Positions 51,049-64,000 of a stretch of DNA of 64,000 nucleotides are shown one piece after another. Positions within the stretch are counted from its first letter, which is position 1. Every line of letters begins with the position of its first letter. The notes beneath the pieces are model-generated. The model was not told the origin of the DNA and did no database searches. It saw only the letters and a list, made by a program, of their open reading frames with translations. The stretch comes from Paraphysomonas bandaiensis (Eukaryota > Protista > Chrysophyceae): NCBI GenBank assembly GCA_965644295.1, contig CBFFRP010000232.1:1-64000 (forward strand), in the 5' to 3' direction. Position numbers and translations under genes: made by a program.

Positions 51049-52154
51049 TTACTTCACTTTGTTGGCTTGATAAGATGCACCTTGATCGAGATTTTCTCGA
51101 TTAGGGTGGTCTTTGGAATAACTTCTCCAATATGGGAACGCCCCCTCCTCACATAGTCTCCAAGCCTCATCGAATGCTTGGAGGGTAGCTTCAGGTAGGT
51201 CGTCCGCACTCTCTGCAGCTTTACATGCCCTAAGATTGCCCTGTAGTTGAGTGATAGAAGATGCCCCAAGGAGAATTCCATCATTACTTTCAAGGGAAGA
51301 GTGCCTCAGTAACCACTGGTACGTCGCAGTAATGAGATCCATCCCCTCTGGCAATGATGCACGGATTAATTCCACAGCCTCAAAATTTCGGTCGGTATAA
51401 AACCGAGGCAGATAGTTAGGGTTGTTCTTGAATCGCCCTGCCTGTACATCACTTCCTGCGCGATGTTTACCTGTAAGTAGTCCTGCTGCGAGTGAGTTAT
51501 ATGCGATGAAGTCAATATTGTGTCGTTTGAGCAGAGGGAGAAGTCCTGCCTCACATCGTCGGTTCAGAGGGTTATATAGACCCTGGTAAACACTTGGAGC
51601 AGTCCATCCATTTTCGGCACAAAGTTGCACAGCCCGTTCTACTTCGGATTCATGATAATTGCTCATTCCTAAACGACCAACAAGTCCCCTCTGTACAAGC
51701 TCATGAGCAGCAGCAAGGGTCTCCGCCAGATCATTCTCAGTATCAGGTTGATGAAGATAAAACTCATCCACACGATCCAATCCCATCGCTGTAAGTGAAT
51801 CTTTTAATTGAGCTTCTAATCCAGTGGCACTTAAACCCATTGGCTGAGATGGATGAGCTTTAGTTGTAACTTTCATCGTATCATCTTGTAGTGCTCCACA
51901 GGCCTTAAGACACTCTCCCACCCTATCACACAATGACCAATACACACTCATATGTATCATACATACATGGGTTCAGTTGATCCACCAGCATATATACGAG
52001 CTGAATCAATATGTGAAACACCCGCAGCTTTAGCTAATTTGATCATCTCAGTGCCTACACCAGCTGTAATAGGGGACGAGGACTGGTTCCAGGCGAATGT
52101 CATGGTACCCAAGTATAAACGAGGGAGGGTTGTAGCACGTGAAACTCCTGACAT
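51049..52154 (-). CDS. Aldo-keto reductase, AKR7 (aflatoxin aldehyde reductase)-like
   Basis: LYLGTMTF, IDSARIY, TTKAHP, FYLHQPD, GMSNY, YQGLYN, YNSLAAGLLTGK; one intron at about 51923-51967. Confidence 0.9.
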
Positions 52155-52748
52155 GATTATATATGTATGATGTATGTATATATGGAAGATATGGAATTAG
52201 AGTGTGAGCTATGTGTGTATGTATGTATGTATGTATGTATGTATGTATGTATGTGGATATATGTATATGTAGGTACGCATATGTATGTATGTGGATATAC
52301 ATCCATATAAGAATATAGTAGACTACGAACATTCATATATAATACAGCAGTACATCCACACGGCATAGATCCTAACGAGAGTTGTCATATGTAAGATAAT
52401 GATAGAGATGTTCTGTACATATTCTGCATATAAGCCACGTAGAAGTTGATGGGGTGGATAGTTGATGTGTAGGTCTAGAAAACTATGTATTTGTAGTATA
52501 CAGTAGTGTATATATCAAGAACCATACTGCTGCTCGTGCTTTCTGATATAATGTAGCCGTTGTTTTTTGTAAGTCTAACTGTCATCTTGAGATCCACATG
52601 CATATCAACTCATACAGTTATTAAAGTGGACATTAAGAGGTATATGCTCAGTATATAGTCCATATTTATAGTTTATATTTCAAGAATCTGAAAAAGAAAA
52701 CGAATATATATATCCCTTGTGTGTGGAGTAGCATTATATTAGGCTGAT

Positions 52749-55700
52749 ATGGAGATCATTGCAGAGAAAGAAAATCAGCTCCGACAGACCTCATCTGTAT
52801 CGGACACATCTTTTTCTCAGACTGAAATGTCAGGAAAAGGTGATATTACACCAACAATGCTCTGTGGAAAATTCCAAGAAGCTACTTGGATTGGATTTGG
52901 CTGTGTGAAAGTGGGAATACAATCTTGCCGCATGTTTAGTTTATATAATCCAGAGAACTGCAGTATCACTATCGCTGTTGGTAAATGTCCAATGAAAAGT
53001 GGTTTCAATATAACACTTGGTCCGCATAACGAATCATCTATCGTTATTGAGCCAAAGTCGACTGTTGATGGACATGTTTATTGGACACCTAACTCGAATA
53101 TGTCTGTGAGAGAAGTAGCCATACTATTGATGAATTCTAAGACGAAACTGCAATTAACACTTCATGGTATAGCTGGAATAGGCGAGGTGTGTATGACTGT
53201 ACTTTTCTTTGATGCATGTAATATTTTTGCAGCATAAAGTTCCTTCCAAACTAGAACAGAAATCGAAGAAAGTGCCAATCGCGAGGAAAGGAAGTTTCCG
53301 TGCAAACGCATCAGGTCCCAAAACATCGATTACAAATAAGCACGACAGCACTAATTTGATGAAGAAAAATTCTTCAAATCAGTTGAGTTTTGTAGAATCT
53401 AAGGCTAATGTCTATGGTGACAAGTGGGCGGATAAGCAAGTAACATGTATCACTCGCTGGATGAATGAGAAGATCAGTCCCCAAATGCACGTGGTATTTT
53501 CTAATATAGGCCCTAATTACAGCTCTATCGATTATCAGCACCAACTTCAAAAACACCGAGAGGAAATGTGCTGGATTGCGAGTGAGGACAGTTTCGTGGA
53601 TGTCGTGGAACGTGTGGAGAGTGAGATTCGATCTGATAGACTCGCAATGCGGGAAGACCAAAATATACGTGCCAATGTTGGACTCAAGGAAGAGTTTATG
53701 CAGATTTTACTCAGTTATGACCTATTATGGCTGAGACTTGGATTAGAAGTAGTATTAGATATTACGATATCTCCTCCTGCAACTTTTAATCATGAAGATG
53801 CGCAAAAGATGTCCCCTGAGAAAGCCTCTGAGCTTTGGCACAGCAGTCTAAAGAGAGCAATCAATAATCATATATTTTATTCCGAGGAACTTCACAGCAT
53901 TCACGTAAAGCCAGGGGTAATAATGACTCCTTCTCTTGAACATAAATATCATCGAGACATGTGTAAGCACATTCTTCGTTCGTTTCTGGTGTTGGTACTG
54001 TTGCTGGATAAATGCCGCATCCGGGGTCTATGTGGACGCCGACATAGGCTATTCAGTAAGCACTCCGTCGTTAAATCATCGAAAGATGTTTTGATCCTTT
54101 TCTGTCGCAAATTTCTCAAAGCAGAAGCTAACATCATCAAGCATCTTGCATCTAGAGGATACAATGTGGAATATGTGCAGCGCGGGTATGATGAATTCGA
54201 CTTTATAGTTAAGAATATTTCGTCGGATCTCAAGGATGGTGTGAGACTCTGTCACTTAGTAAATGTACTTTCTGCTGCTGCACAAGAAGACACTACATAC
54301 GATGGCTGCTACCAATATGATCTGATTAAATCAAGTCTTTTAAGAATTCCCGCTGTCAGTCGACTGCAGAAGCTACATAACGTTGGACTTGTGACAAAGA
54401 CATTGAAAGAACTTGGAGTCAGTGTTCCTGTTGAGGATAAGCATATAGTGGACGGCCAGCAAAGTTCTACACTGTTGCTATTGTGGATTATTTTATTTGA
54501 GTTTGATCTAAAGTTCATGGTCAGTTCTGATAAAATAGAGTCAGAGATTAGTAGAATTAATGCTCGTTATATTCACTCAGGTATTATTTAGTCCCTACCT
54601 GATATATTTCTTACACTTTTACAGATGAATCTTTATTGGATACGACAAATGTGGAGTCAGAACAACTATTTAATTCTCTGAGAAGTTCACTGTTGCGCTG
54701 GTGTCAGTGCATATCTTCTATCTACAATGCCCATGTGTATAACTTGTCATCAGACTTGAGCAATGGCAGAGTTATTGGGCTTCTGATTCACTACTACCTA
54801 CCGTCACTGCTGCCTAGACACATTGTATATAAAATATTGAGTGGGGTTGGAGAAGACATAGATGACAATGTTTCGGTATTGACTGAAGCTCCACGACACC
54901 GTTCTTCTGATGACAGAAAGGTATTCGCCGCCATCAGTCGTGCTTGCGAACAGTTAGGAGGTATTCCAACTGTCATACCTACTGCCGACTCTATGAAAAC
55001 ACTTGATGAAAGAACGATTGTTATGTTCTTGGGTTTTATGTTCGCCAGACTAGTCGACTCTTCGATGAAATATCGCGCGGCTAAGGTTATTCAAACATTT
55101 TTGCGACGATATCTTATTCGGTCAAGGGAAACTCAATGCCGAAGGCGAACCTCCAAATCAATGACTGTTGTCAACCCAAAGTTTTGTTACTCATCACGTG
55201 ATGCAGCTCATGTAATTACAGCATTCATGAAACATATATATTCCCGAAGAGTGGAAAGTAGAACTCAATTGTTGGAAAAAGGTAACGTTGCTGACATAGT
55301 AGAAGAAGCTTCTGTTGGTGATGAATTAATTGAGATTGAATCTGTAACAGTGGAATCTACACCCACTGATGACACTGTAAGTGATGTTACTGCTGCAGTC
55401 GATGAAACTTCTGTGGATATTGTATTGGCATGCGATGATGATTTAATGGATGTTGAAACTGCAACAGTGGAATCTATACCGACTGATTGCGCCGTTTGTG
55501 AAGTATCATTGTGTGCCGTTGATGCTATAGCCAGTGAATTTGATAATGAGTTACTGGATGCTGAATCTCTAACAGTGGACTCTACACCGAGTGATAACGC
55601 GTTTGGTGAGACATCTTTATGTGATGTTGGTGCTGTAGTTGATGAACCATCTTTTGGTGGCGAACCAATGGACATTGAAACTGTGACAGTGGACTCACCA

Positions 55701-57832
55701 CTGATTGATAAAGCTTTTAGTGAGACATCGTTATGTGATGTTAATGAGGCTGCTGTCGAAACCGTATCGACACATGCTTCTGAAACGGCCCATGAGAGTG
55801 ACATTAATATTAATCAAGTAGAGAAGGACATGATCAGTGATTGTGACATCGTTTCTCGTCAGCTTGATGATACTGTCACACGAGATAGTGTTATGCATGA
55901 GGTGCTAACGGGAAATAAATCTGGCTCTGAAATACCTATTGAGTTGCCAAGCTTGGTTAAATTTGCTGCACATGCTGCATTGATGGCAGAAATATCTCAG
56001 CAATCGAAATTATTGGAGAAAGTTAAGGCTGAAGCTGATGGGAGAGTTGCAGCTGAAAAGATGGTATTACAACTTCAAGCGGATCATTTGAAGGCTTTGG
56101 AGGAGGCTAATTCGCAGCGAATGGAGCTGGAGGCTAAGCTACACCATGAAGTTATGGAGAGAGAAAGAATTCAAGCTGAATATCGTGCAGCTGCATTAAG
56201 AGCTGAAGAAGAAAGATTAAAAAGAGAAAAAGAAATTTATCGTAAGAATGTTTCTGCGTTAGCTATACAGAGCTTGTTTCGAGTTCTACAGGCCAAATCA
56301 AAACGGAAGTATCGTTTACAATGTGTATGCAGAATTCAACGAGTTGTAAGAGGTTCGCTTGTTCGTCGGCATATGAACATTCTGTCAAGCGCGGCAATCT
56401 GTATTCAGAAATATTTCCGCCAGAAAAAGGAACAAACTACACGCATGCATAAGATTAATTCCGCTGGTATGGTCCTTCAGAGGTGGTTCTCAACGTGCTT
56501 GAAGCATAAAAAGGCTATTTTGGAAACGAAGGCAGCGGTTTCTATACAATCATTTTTGCGAACTCGAGCATTGAGTCAAAAATATAGCACAATTAAATGG
56601 TGTGTATTGAAACTTCAAAGTTTATATCGGAAGCATCTTGCAGTCCGCTTCTTGAATCGAGCACGAAAGGCTATAGCTGTTATAAGTCGCATGTACTTAC
56701 GAGCACTTACTAGGAAACATACTTCCGTACAACACGCGGCTATGATTATTCAGAACTGTTGGACTTGCTACCGTCGCAAATTATCTACATATGAGGCACA
56801 TAACAACAAACAAAAGATCAAAGAGTTCACGATTCGTCTTTCACAAAGAAGAATATATGTATTTTGTGCTACTCACGCCCGCCGATTGAAGGAAATAAGA
56901 GCTGTGAACTCAATATCGAGGTGGTTTTTGTGCTATTTACCTCTATTGCGTGCGAGAAAAATGGGCCGTGGATTCTTACGTCTACAGGTAAGATTCGTGC
57001 ACAGTATCGATATATATGTAACCCCATTGCATAGGCGTTTAGAAGATCTGTAATCATTCGTCGCCATTTATGTAAAACAGTGAAAGTTGCTCTGAAACGA
57101 TTGAATGCGGCCCATAAAAGATCCAATCAAAACCCAGAGTTGAGATTAGGGAATCAAACTATTGCTGCTCTTTCTACGTTGCAGAAAGGAAAAATGATTT
57201 CACACGTTTTGAAAGCATGCCAAACTCTTGAAACATCCACTCATTATTCGCAAGTGTGTTGCAAGAATTTTGTACTCTCGTCTGCATCTAAAGTTTTATT
57301 TACTTTGATCCGTTCTTGTAATCGCAGCACCCCTCACCAAGAGTTACTGAGGTACATGATACCAAATAATACTTTACCTGTTTAAGATGGATTTATCAGG
57401 TGTGCTCTGTCCGTTCTTCTTAATGTTACAAAAGATGCATCACTCGCTTCCAAGCTATCTCATAATGGCGACACAACAGAGCTTCTTGTTGATTTGATGC
57501 AAATGTTCCGCGATAAAAAAACAATATTTAATCTTTCGTGTGTATTACTTACAAGAATAGTGGTTGCCCAAGGACACATCAAGGTGAGAGCTTGCATTTT
57601 TACAAACTTCTTTGTGCTTACTGTTGAAAAGGATGAATGTTGCAGTCAAGACATTCGAAAAAGGCTGGACGGAATACAACATATTCTTGAAAGAAAACAT
57701 CGCCTTGATATGCGAGTCAAGAGCATTAACTCCAGTAAACTCGCTAGAGTCAGCCCTAAGTCTGGTTGCGGATCCATAGAGAAGAGTCCGTATGAACTAA
57801 TATCTGCTTTGATTACTAGTTTAGAAGAGTAA
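52749..57832 (+). CDS. ASPM: Abnormal spindle / ASPM-like protein (CH domains, IQ repeats, ARM-like C-terminus), multi-exon
   Basis: LLSYDLLWLRLGLEVV, EFDFIVKNISSDLKDGVRL, IPAVSRLQKLHNV, LLRWCQ, IQ motifs, IRSCNRSTPH. Confidence 0.88.
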
Positions 57833-58942
57833 CTGCACCCATGCCAAAATGGCGAGATAATAGTTCCCAACTGTATGCATTGAATATCATAATATATACG
57901 AATTAATAATGATAAGGAGCTTCACTGCTGTGTATTTACAGAAATAAGTTCATCTATCTAGCAATTTCAAGCAATCTATACTTCATAGCTTACATTAACC
58001 AAAAGCAGACTACTATCTGTATCCCCAATACTAATAATCAATAACACTAATTGCTATAGTGAATCTCATGATCTTCAAGTTGAGGAAGCATAATACATAT
58101 TGAATGTTTTGCACTTTGGGGTGTATAAACTCAGAATAACTAACGATAGGTTCTAGAAACTAGAAATCACCCGTTACACTTATGAGTTGACTTCACCTAA
58201 TGCACACACTTTCAACTCACTTCAGCTGGACAACATATATTGCATTTTACTGCAGAGCTCAACAGATAATTTATTGTAACTAGTATCTATAAAGAAACAC
58301 TCTTGCAATGAACTGCTATTATTCTACATTATTATGATATATATATAAATGACTAACCATCATAATATTTTGCTATTTTCTTTCACAAAATTTAAAATAT
58401 ACTAGCACAAAATATGTACGGTTAAGTATTATTGAGCAATAATGATGATTACTTTTAGTTTATGTGGAAGAGTAAGTTGAGCAATTGAACTGTATCGTTC
58501 ATAGTCTTCGAATTAAAACCGTTTGTCATGAATATACTACCACTTTATGAAATATAATTAACGAAATGTTGTGAAATGTATAAGATAAAATGATATATTG
58601 ACTTTTGAAATTTGTGACACTCTGGTAATACTATTTTTTAAAGAATGTTTTAGTGACACTACACGGGTATTTCCTTCATTATTCGTCTTCAGTGTGTGTA
58701 AGATGAAAATATAAACACATCAAGTTGAATAATTCTACATTTATTTCATTAAATATAAATCAAGTTTGTAAACTTGAGAATTCAGGTAACAAAATATATC
58801 ATGATTTAGAACTTTATTATCCCCACTTTTCGTCTCAAAAAACACTTGTTTTTGACCTGAATTGGATTTAACAGAACGTTCATATTAGTACCGGGCAAAT
58901 ATAGGCATTCAACTTCAAAAGTATTCTTCTATCTTAATAATG

Positions 58943-59290
58943 TTATTGACAGTCCTTACACTTCATCAGGCAGCTCAATGCCCTTGATGTGGGCCCATTC
59001 CCGGATGCTGCATTGGTGGTGGCAAACAGTTTGCGCGAGCATCTTCCAATTGAAACATCACTGCAATACTGTTCCCCTTTCCATACGTCAACTAGAATGT
59101 TCATACAGTCAAGGGTATTAGGTTTCAAACCGTACATAATTCCTTTGTAGCTGTTGGTATGGCCAATTTAATACGTTCACATCGCTCAGCGTCATCAAAA
59201 ACAGAAAGCAGCGTGTGCAAGAGATTGTATTTATAACCTACTTTGATGGAAGCAATAATACCCATGCCCATTGGTTGATGACACGCAGTC
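58943..59290 (-). mobile_element. Degenerate pogo/Tigger-type (DDE_1) transposase fragment
   Basis: Minus strand reads TACHQPMGMGIIASIKVGYKYNLLHTLLSVFD (QPxDxGII-type motif), then frameshifted YGLKPNTLDCMNILVDVW..SIGRC. Confidence 0.7.
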
Positions 59291-59465
59291 AGCCAATGGA
59301 CATGGGTATCATATTGCTTCCATCAAATATGTAGTGTATAATAATGGCATCTTTTCATATGAACCTAAAACATGTTCATATGAACTGTATCGTATTATAC
59401 TTATACTTCACTGTGACTTTAAAAGACCGGATGAAGTATATCATATTGATATATAATATAGATAT

Positions 59466-59593
59466 TATGATGGTAAAGAATTCATATGCATTCAGATTCA
59501 AGATTAATATAATACAATTTATGATCTTCGTATGGCTAATATAGTGATATGTGAAAAAGATCATTCAGATTAAAAATCAATTGTCAGCTCGCA
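59466..59593 (+). repeat. Left copy of 128-bp direct repeat flanking the non-LTR fragment
   Basis: 126/128 identical to 60596-60723. Confidence 0.93.
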
Positions 59594-60588
59594 ATTGTCA
59601 GCGCGAGACGGCATACGTATGGGACAAATCCTTTGCAATGGGTAGAAACCGAGCCAAAGGAAAATCCGGACATGATCGCACAACGGCTTCCACATGCGCA
59701 GACTGTGCACACCCCACAGACAACATGGCGCACATGCTTCTCACCTGTGCACTCACCCTGACATCATTCACATACGTGAAGATGTCCACCAAGCGCACCA
59801 CAATAAGCTTGACAAACTTCGCACACGCACGCTCCCCCATCCCTGGTTTTACACCGCCATAACCAAACTAGCCAAAGCCGCATGGAACCCAACCACCCCC
59901 CAGGTTGAGCGCTACTGTACCGGCCACATTACTGCCACACAAATGGCCGATGCATTCGGACGCCACATATCCAGCTCACTGCTCGAACATCAATTCCACG
60001 CCCTAGAAAAATCCATCGCCTCTATCCTACTCCCCCTATATGATGGAGGGCTCCGCATGCTTCGCAATAGGGGACACAGACACCACAACGTAGACACGGC
60101 ACCGGCGACACCGGTCCCGACACACGCAAAGCAACGCCGGCCCCAGGATACCCACCCGACACCAAAAGTACTCCAGCTACTCCAGGCGACACCCACCCCA
60201 CGAACTACACTCTCTGCAAGAGCCCAGAGCCGACAGAGGCAAGGGCAACCACTCCGGAAACAACTTCTCCTTACTTGTAGCCGAAACCCCACCTCAACAA
60301 CCAGCACCATCTCCACCACCGACTTGCACTCTCATATACATCTCGCCTCACCCACCCCCCACATAATCCATGGCACAGGCCCGCCAGACACATTGCCCAA
60401 AGGTAGACCCCCCGACTAACCTCACTACAAGGGACGGTTGCACCATGGTGCTCGCAGCGATGCACAAGCAGTTCCGAGACGGTTGCCCGCCACTAGTAGT
60501 ATATAGCAAATCTAGTTATTAGCTCTAGTCTATAGACATAAACTAGTTTCTGTACGCAACCGTACTCATGTAATAATCAGACTTTCAT
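59594..60588 (+). mobile_element. 5'-truncated non-LTR retrotransposon 3' fragment (CCHC zinc finger + ORF tail + 3' UTR)
   Basis: Abrupt C/A-rich, GC-richer island; CADCAHPTDNMAHMLLTC motif; frameshifted ORF to 60419; bounded by long direct repeats. Confidence 0.68.
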
Positions 60589-60595
60589 ATATAGA

Positions 60596-60723
60596 TATGA
60601 TGGTAAAGAATTCATATGCATTCAGATTCAAGATTAATATAATACAATTTATGATCTTCGTATGGCTAATATTGTGATATGTGAAAAAGATCATTCAGAT
60701 TAAAAATCAATTGTCGGCTCGCA
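60596..60723 (+). repeat. Right copy of 128-bp direct repeat
   Basis: 126/128 identical to 59466-59593. Confidence 0.93.
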
Positions 60724-61600
60724 TTGGTGTGGCTAAAGGTTTAAGTGAGAGTGACTTACATGATTTAACAAATAGAATCATGAATAACATGATAGTCATG
60801 ACAATTGAGCAGCAGGAGAATATCTGGAAGGTCCCGCTGAAATCCCTGCTTAGGCGCCCTCTCCCACATGATGACGCAAATTCTTTCAAGCCTTCTATTT
60901 ATTTAGAAATGATGCCCTCCGTTGGTAATGACATCTTACACAAGAAAATTTGGACGTATCTTGAGTGTACATTCAATTCTGTTTCACAGAGTGAAAAATT
61001 CTTGGCCTTACTCGTTGGTGTATCTGGCATGGGGAAAACTAAACCGCGTATGACATTGGGAAGGAAGGCACTTTCGGAATAGTAACCCGAATTGTAAAAC
61101 GCGACGCATTGACTCCTCCATGGAAAACTGTCGCCAAAATATTGGACAATACCTTACACTTGGGAATAATCACCGCAGTTTCCGAGAAATGTTCGCTGGT
61201 GGCTTGTTTGATATTGTTAATGATTGCCCATCTCCAATTTGTTGTGGATGTATCCTCTTCGGCAATAGCGAATACCAAATTCAAAGAGCTTTCGGGGCGA
61301 ATGGACGAGTTGCAATGCGACGAAACGAAAGCAAAAGATTTGATTATGAAAGAAGTGTTTTGCGATGTCAGCGCAATGGGCTGGCATATATGCACAGGTA
61401 AATACTCGTTTCCAAACTCTTTTTCATCAGACAATACATCATCCGGGTTTTATGACGGCAGAAGGAGTTCTTGATATACAGTTGTCTTTTATGCGACAGG
61501 TATTCTCCTCGCAGAGGTCAACAGATCGAAAACAATTTGGGTAAATGAATCCAAAATTGTGTGGTTCTACGATGAAGTGCAAGCATCTTTAGATATGATT
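60681..61600 (+). pseudogene. Degenerate P-loop NTPase gene (possibly Crinkler-type NTPase)
   Basis: Walker A LLVGVSGMGKT (about 61010-61040) and Walker B IVWFYDEVQ (about 61557-61583), separated by frameshifts and stops. Confidence 0.55.
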
Positions 61601-62033
61601 TAAGAAGACACGACTTTCTTCAGTAGCGTGTTTCAACATATTTCGGGCAGGCATATATAGGTAGTCAGGAACAGTGCCGCCTAGTACTTATAAGAATTGT
61701 GTTCCTATATCGTACAAGCAGTATAAATCAGAAGCGTGTTGTATATAAATGTTGTTATGATAATGCTAATTATGGCCATAAAAAGCTCCCTGCGACTACA
61801 ATTATTTATGAATCACATTTATGTACGAATTTCAACAACTCTCCGCAGTTACTATTCCCTCTGCATCCTTCTACGGTAGGAGTACATTTGTTGTAGCTAC
61901 TATAGAAATTTGAGGATTTATTATTTTGAGTTAATCTAGTACAATTGATATTATCTAAGCATACAGTGTATACGTACATTTTTTGAAACAGTACTTTGAT
62001 TATAATTTTTATGACAAGTATTCAGTTAAACAA

Positions 62034-63353
62034 TTACAGCTTTATTTCTTGCATTGTATCCAGCACGGAGCGAGCAGGATGTTCGATAGACAAAACGGCT
62101 ATCTGATTCTCATTCACCATAAATAAAATACCGACAGTCAGTACATATGGCATGTTCAGCGTGGTAAACACGGGAAAGTGTGCAACATGAGTGCATTCTC
62201 CAGGCAACAGAATATGAGAGTAAAAGCCACTCCAGTTGGTTACCATGCTAAGAACAGCACGATTTCTAGCGAAAAAACCTCGCAATAGCGGAATATCGGC
62301 GTGGAAACGTTTGTACTTTTGCAGCGATTTACGAATTAATGACGGGCTGGCATAATCTTCTCGTTGGTAACCTATCACACCTTCGTAGTTTCCTGGACAC
62401 ACGATTAGTAAAACGGATAACACACAGAGGAGTTTTATTGCGTATTCAGCCATGAGCTATTTTAATTTTAATATGAACTTCAATTTGATCACACCTGCAA
62501 GGCTATCCGTTACGCCATCAACACGGTTCCGATAATTGATTGCCATTAATCCAACATCACAATTACTCGCTCTCATGTAAGACGACGTCAGAATATCATT
62601 TGTCGAAATAAAATCAGAGGAGTTGTTTTCATTTTCTGCTGCCCTACTAGCGGCGTACTCCTCTTTGATACCTTTGATTTTCTGCGAATCGACTATCCCA
62701 ACTTGAACTTTACCTCTTTTACCAAATATTACTTTCCCAACAAGATTACATATGGTACCCATTGATTTGAAAAACGCATCCTCTTCACGGTATATTTCCA
62801 AAATCGAAGCTCCACCTTCAGTGAACCTCTTTGCTTCTAACGCATGAATCTCAACTTGTGAAGACAGCATGCTGTAGATTTTATAAAATGTAAACCCATC
62901 ACCAATAACATGCGACATTGATACTAATAAGAAAAACTGATTAGGGCTGACAGCACCAACAACAACACGAAATAGAGGCTCATTCTTATTGACACATTGT
63001 TTTCCTTTCTTTACAATATAAGGCTCAAGGGAAGTAGAATATTCATATATACTTGTTTTCAAATCACTGTATATTTCCGTATGAAGTGTTTCAATATAAT
63101 CAAAATATGTTGCAATTGTAGTATTTTTATTATAATGAAGTGTTAATTTTCCTTTTTTTTTAATTATTCGGCCTGAAAGCCATGGATTGAACTTCATGAT
63201 ATCCATACATCTATTACGTATATATTCTACTGGTGGTTGACCGCTATATACAGTGATAGTTGATACAGCTTCACAGTCCATCATATCTATAGTTGTCTCT
63301 TGTTGAAATAAATCAATAATCACATTATTATTATCATTAATAGATGCTGTCAT
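62034..63353 (-). CDS. CoA-dependent acyltransferase-fold protein (HxxxD)
   Basis: NPWLSGR, SMSHVIGDG, ISTNDILTS; intron at about 62391-62494 joining AG|NYEG. Confidence 0.7.
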
Positions 63354-63927
63354 GATTATATATGGATTGTATTCATATGATTGGAATTCAGTTAATGTAA
63401 TGAGAGTGAGATTTCTATATGCATGTCTATGTACACCATGATACAGATACAGTTAGAGGGAGGGATTCCTTAGAGGACATTTCCTGTACATGGACTATGG
63501 TAATGAAAAGTACGAAAATATTCTGATTTTAATACAAAAATAGCCTATATTGTCAGAATTTCCAAAATTACATACCAAAATATGCTGAAAATTTGCATAT
63601 CCGGAGATGGTACCAAACCTCTGTGTATCGTACTTTAGGTGGGTGCTCCTGGCACTGCTCGTAGGTGTGTGAAAAAAAATACAACACAGAGAATGGTTTT
63701 ACGTCACAAGCAGCAGATCATAACCTTCTCATGAAACTCACCAATCATTTCAATCCATTCATCTATACATTCCATCAATTGGCTATTTCCGCGCCACCAT
63801 TGAATACCACTTCTTCTCTGTCCATTGCATTAAGTCCAGCACTTATATATACATATATGTGACTCTCTCTCTATATAAGTGTATATATATATTCATATAT
63901 TAAAGTTCCATTAAAGAGTAGTTCATA

Positions 63928-64000
63928 ATGGTTGCCAAGAAAAGAAAGTCTAAACGACAGACACTTCAACAGAAATATAAAATACAAAAACGTGTTAAAG
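63928..64000 (+). CDS. GNL3/Nug1 (nucleostemin-like) GTPase, N-terminus, runs off the window
   Basis: MVAKKRKSKRQTLQQKYKIQKRVK resembles the GNL3/Grn1 N-terminal basic motif. Confidence 0.7.
   Translation, partial: MVAKKRKSKRQTLQQKYKIQKRVK

Overview
Gene-dense eukaryotic DNA with short GT-AG introns, AT-rich spacers and the standard code. A DRC3 gene implies a flagellated organism; a stramenopile-like protist is my inference only. The left 25.7 kb is a large inverted duplication (1-6898 vs 18746-25639, 11.8-kb spacer). Each arm carries the same young Ty1/copia LTR retrotransposon (320-bp LTRs, ACATA TSD) plus a PDI gene. The inner junction truncates an NADPH-cytochrome P450 reductase gene and removes exon 1 of the second PDI copy. 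Host genes: large coiled-coil protein, ATM1/ABCB7, an FN3 + phage-tail-collar-like protein, yellow/MRJP, ALKBH8, DRC3, NRAMP, DnaJ, DEAD-box helicase, MATE, a small membrane protein, AKR7-like reductase, ASPM-like protein, an HxxxD acyltransferase and the start of GNL3/Nug1. A TE cluster at 58.9-61.6 kb holds a pogo/Tigger transposase relic ending in a fold-back hairpin, and a ~1-kb non-LTR retroelement fragment flanked by ~128-138-bp direct repeats (a possible giant TSD) next to a dead P-loop NTPase gene. All calls come from reading the sequence; no searches were run and exon boundaries are approximate.
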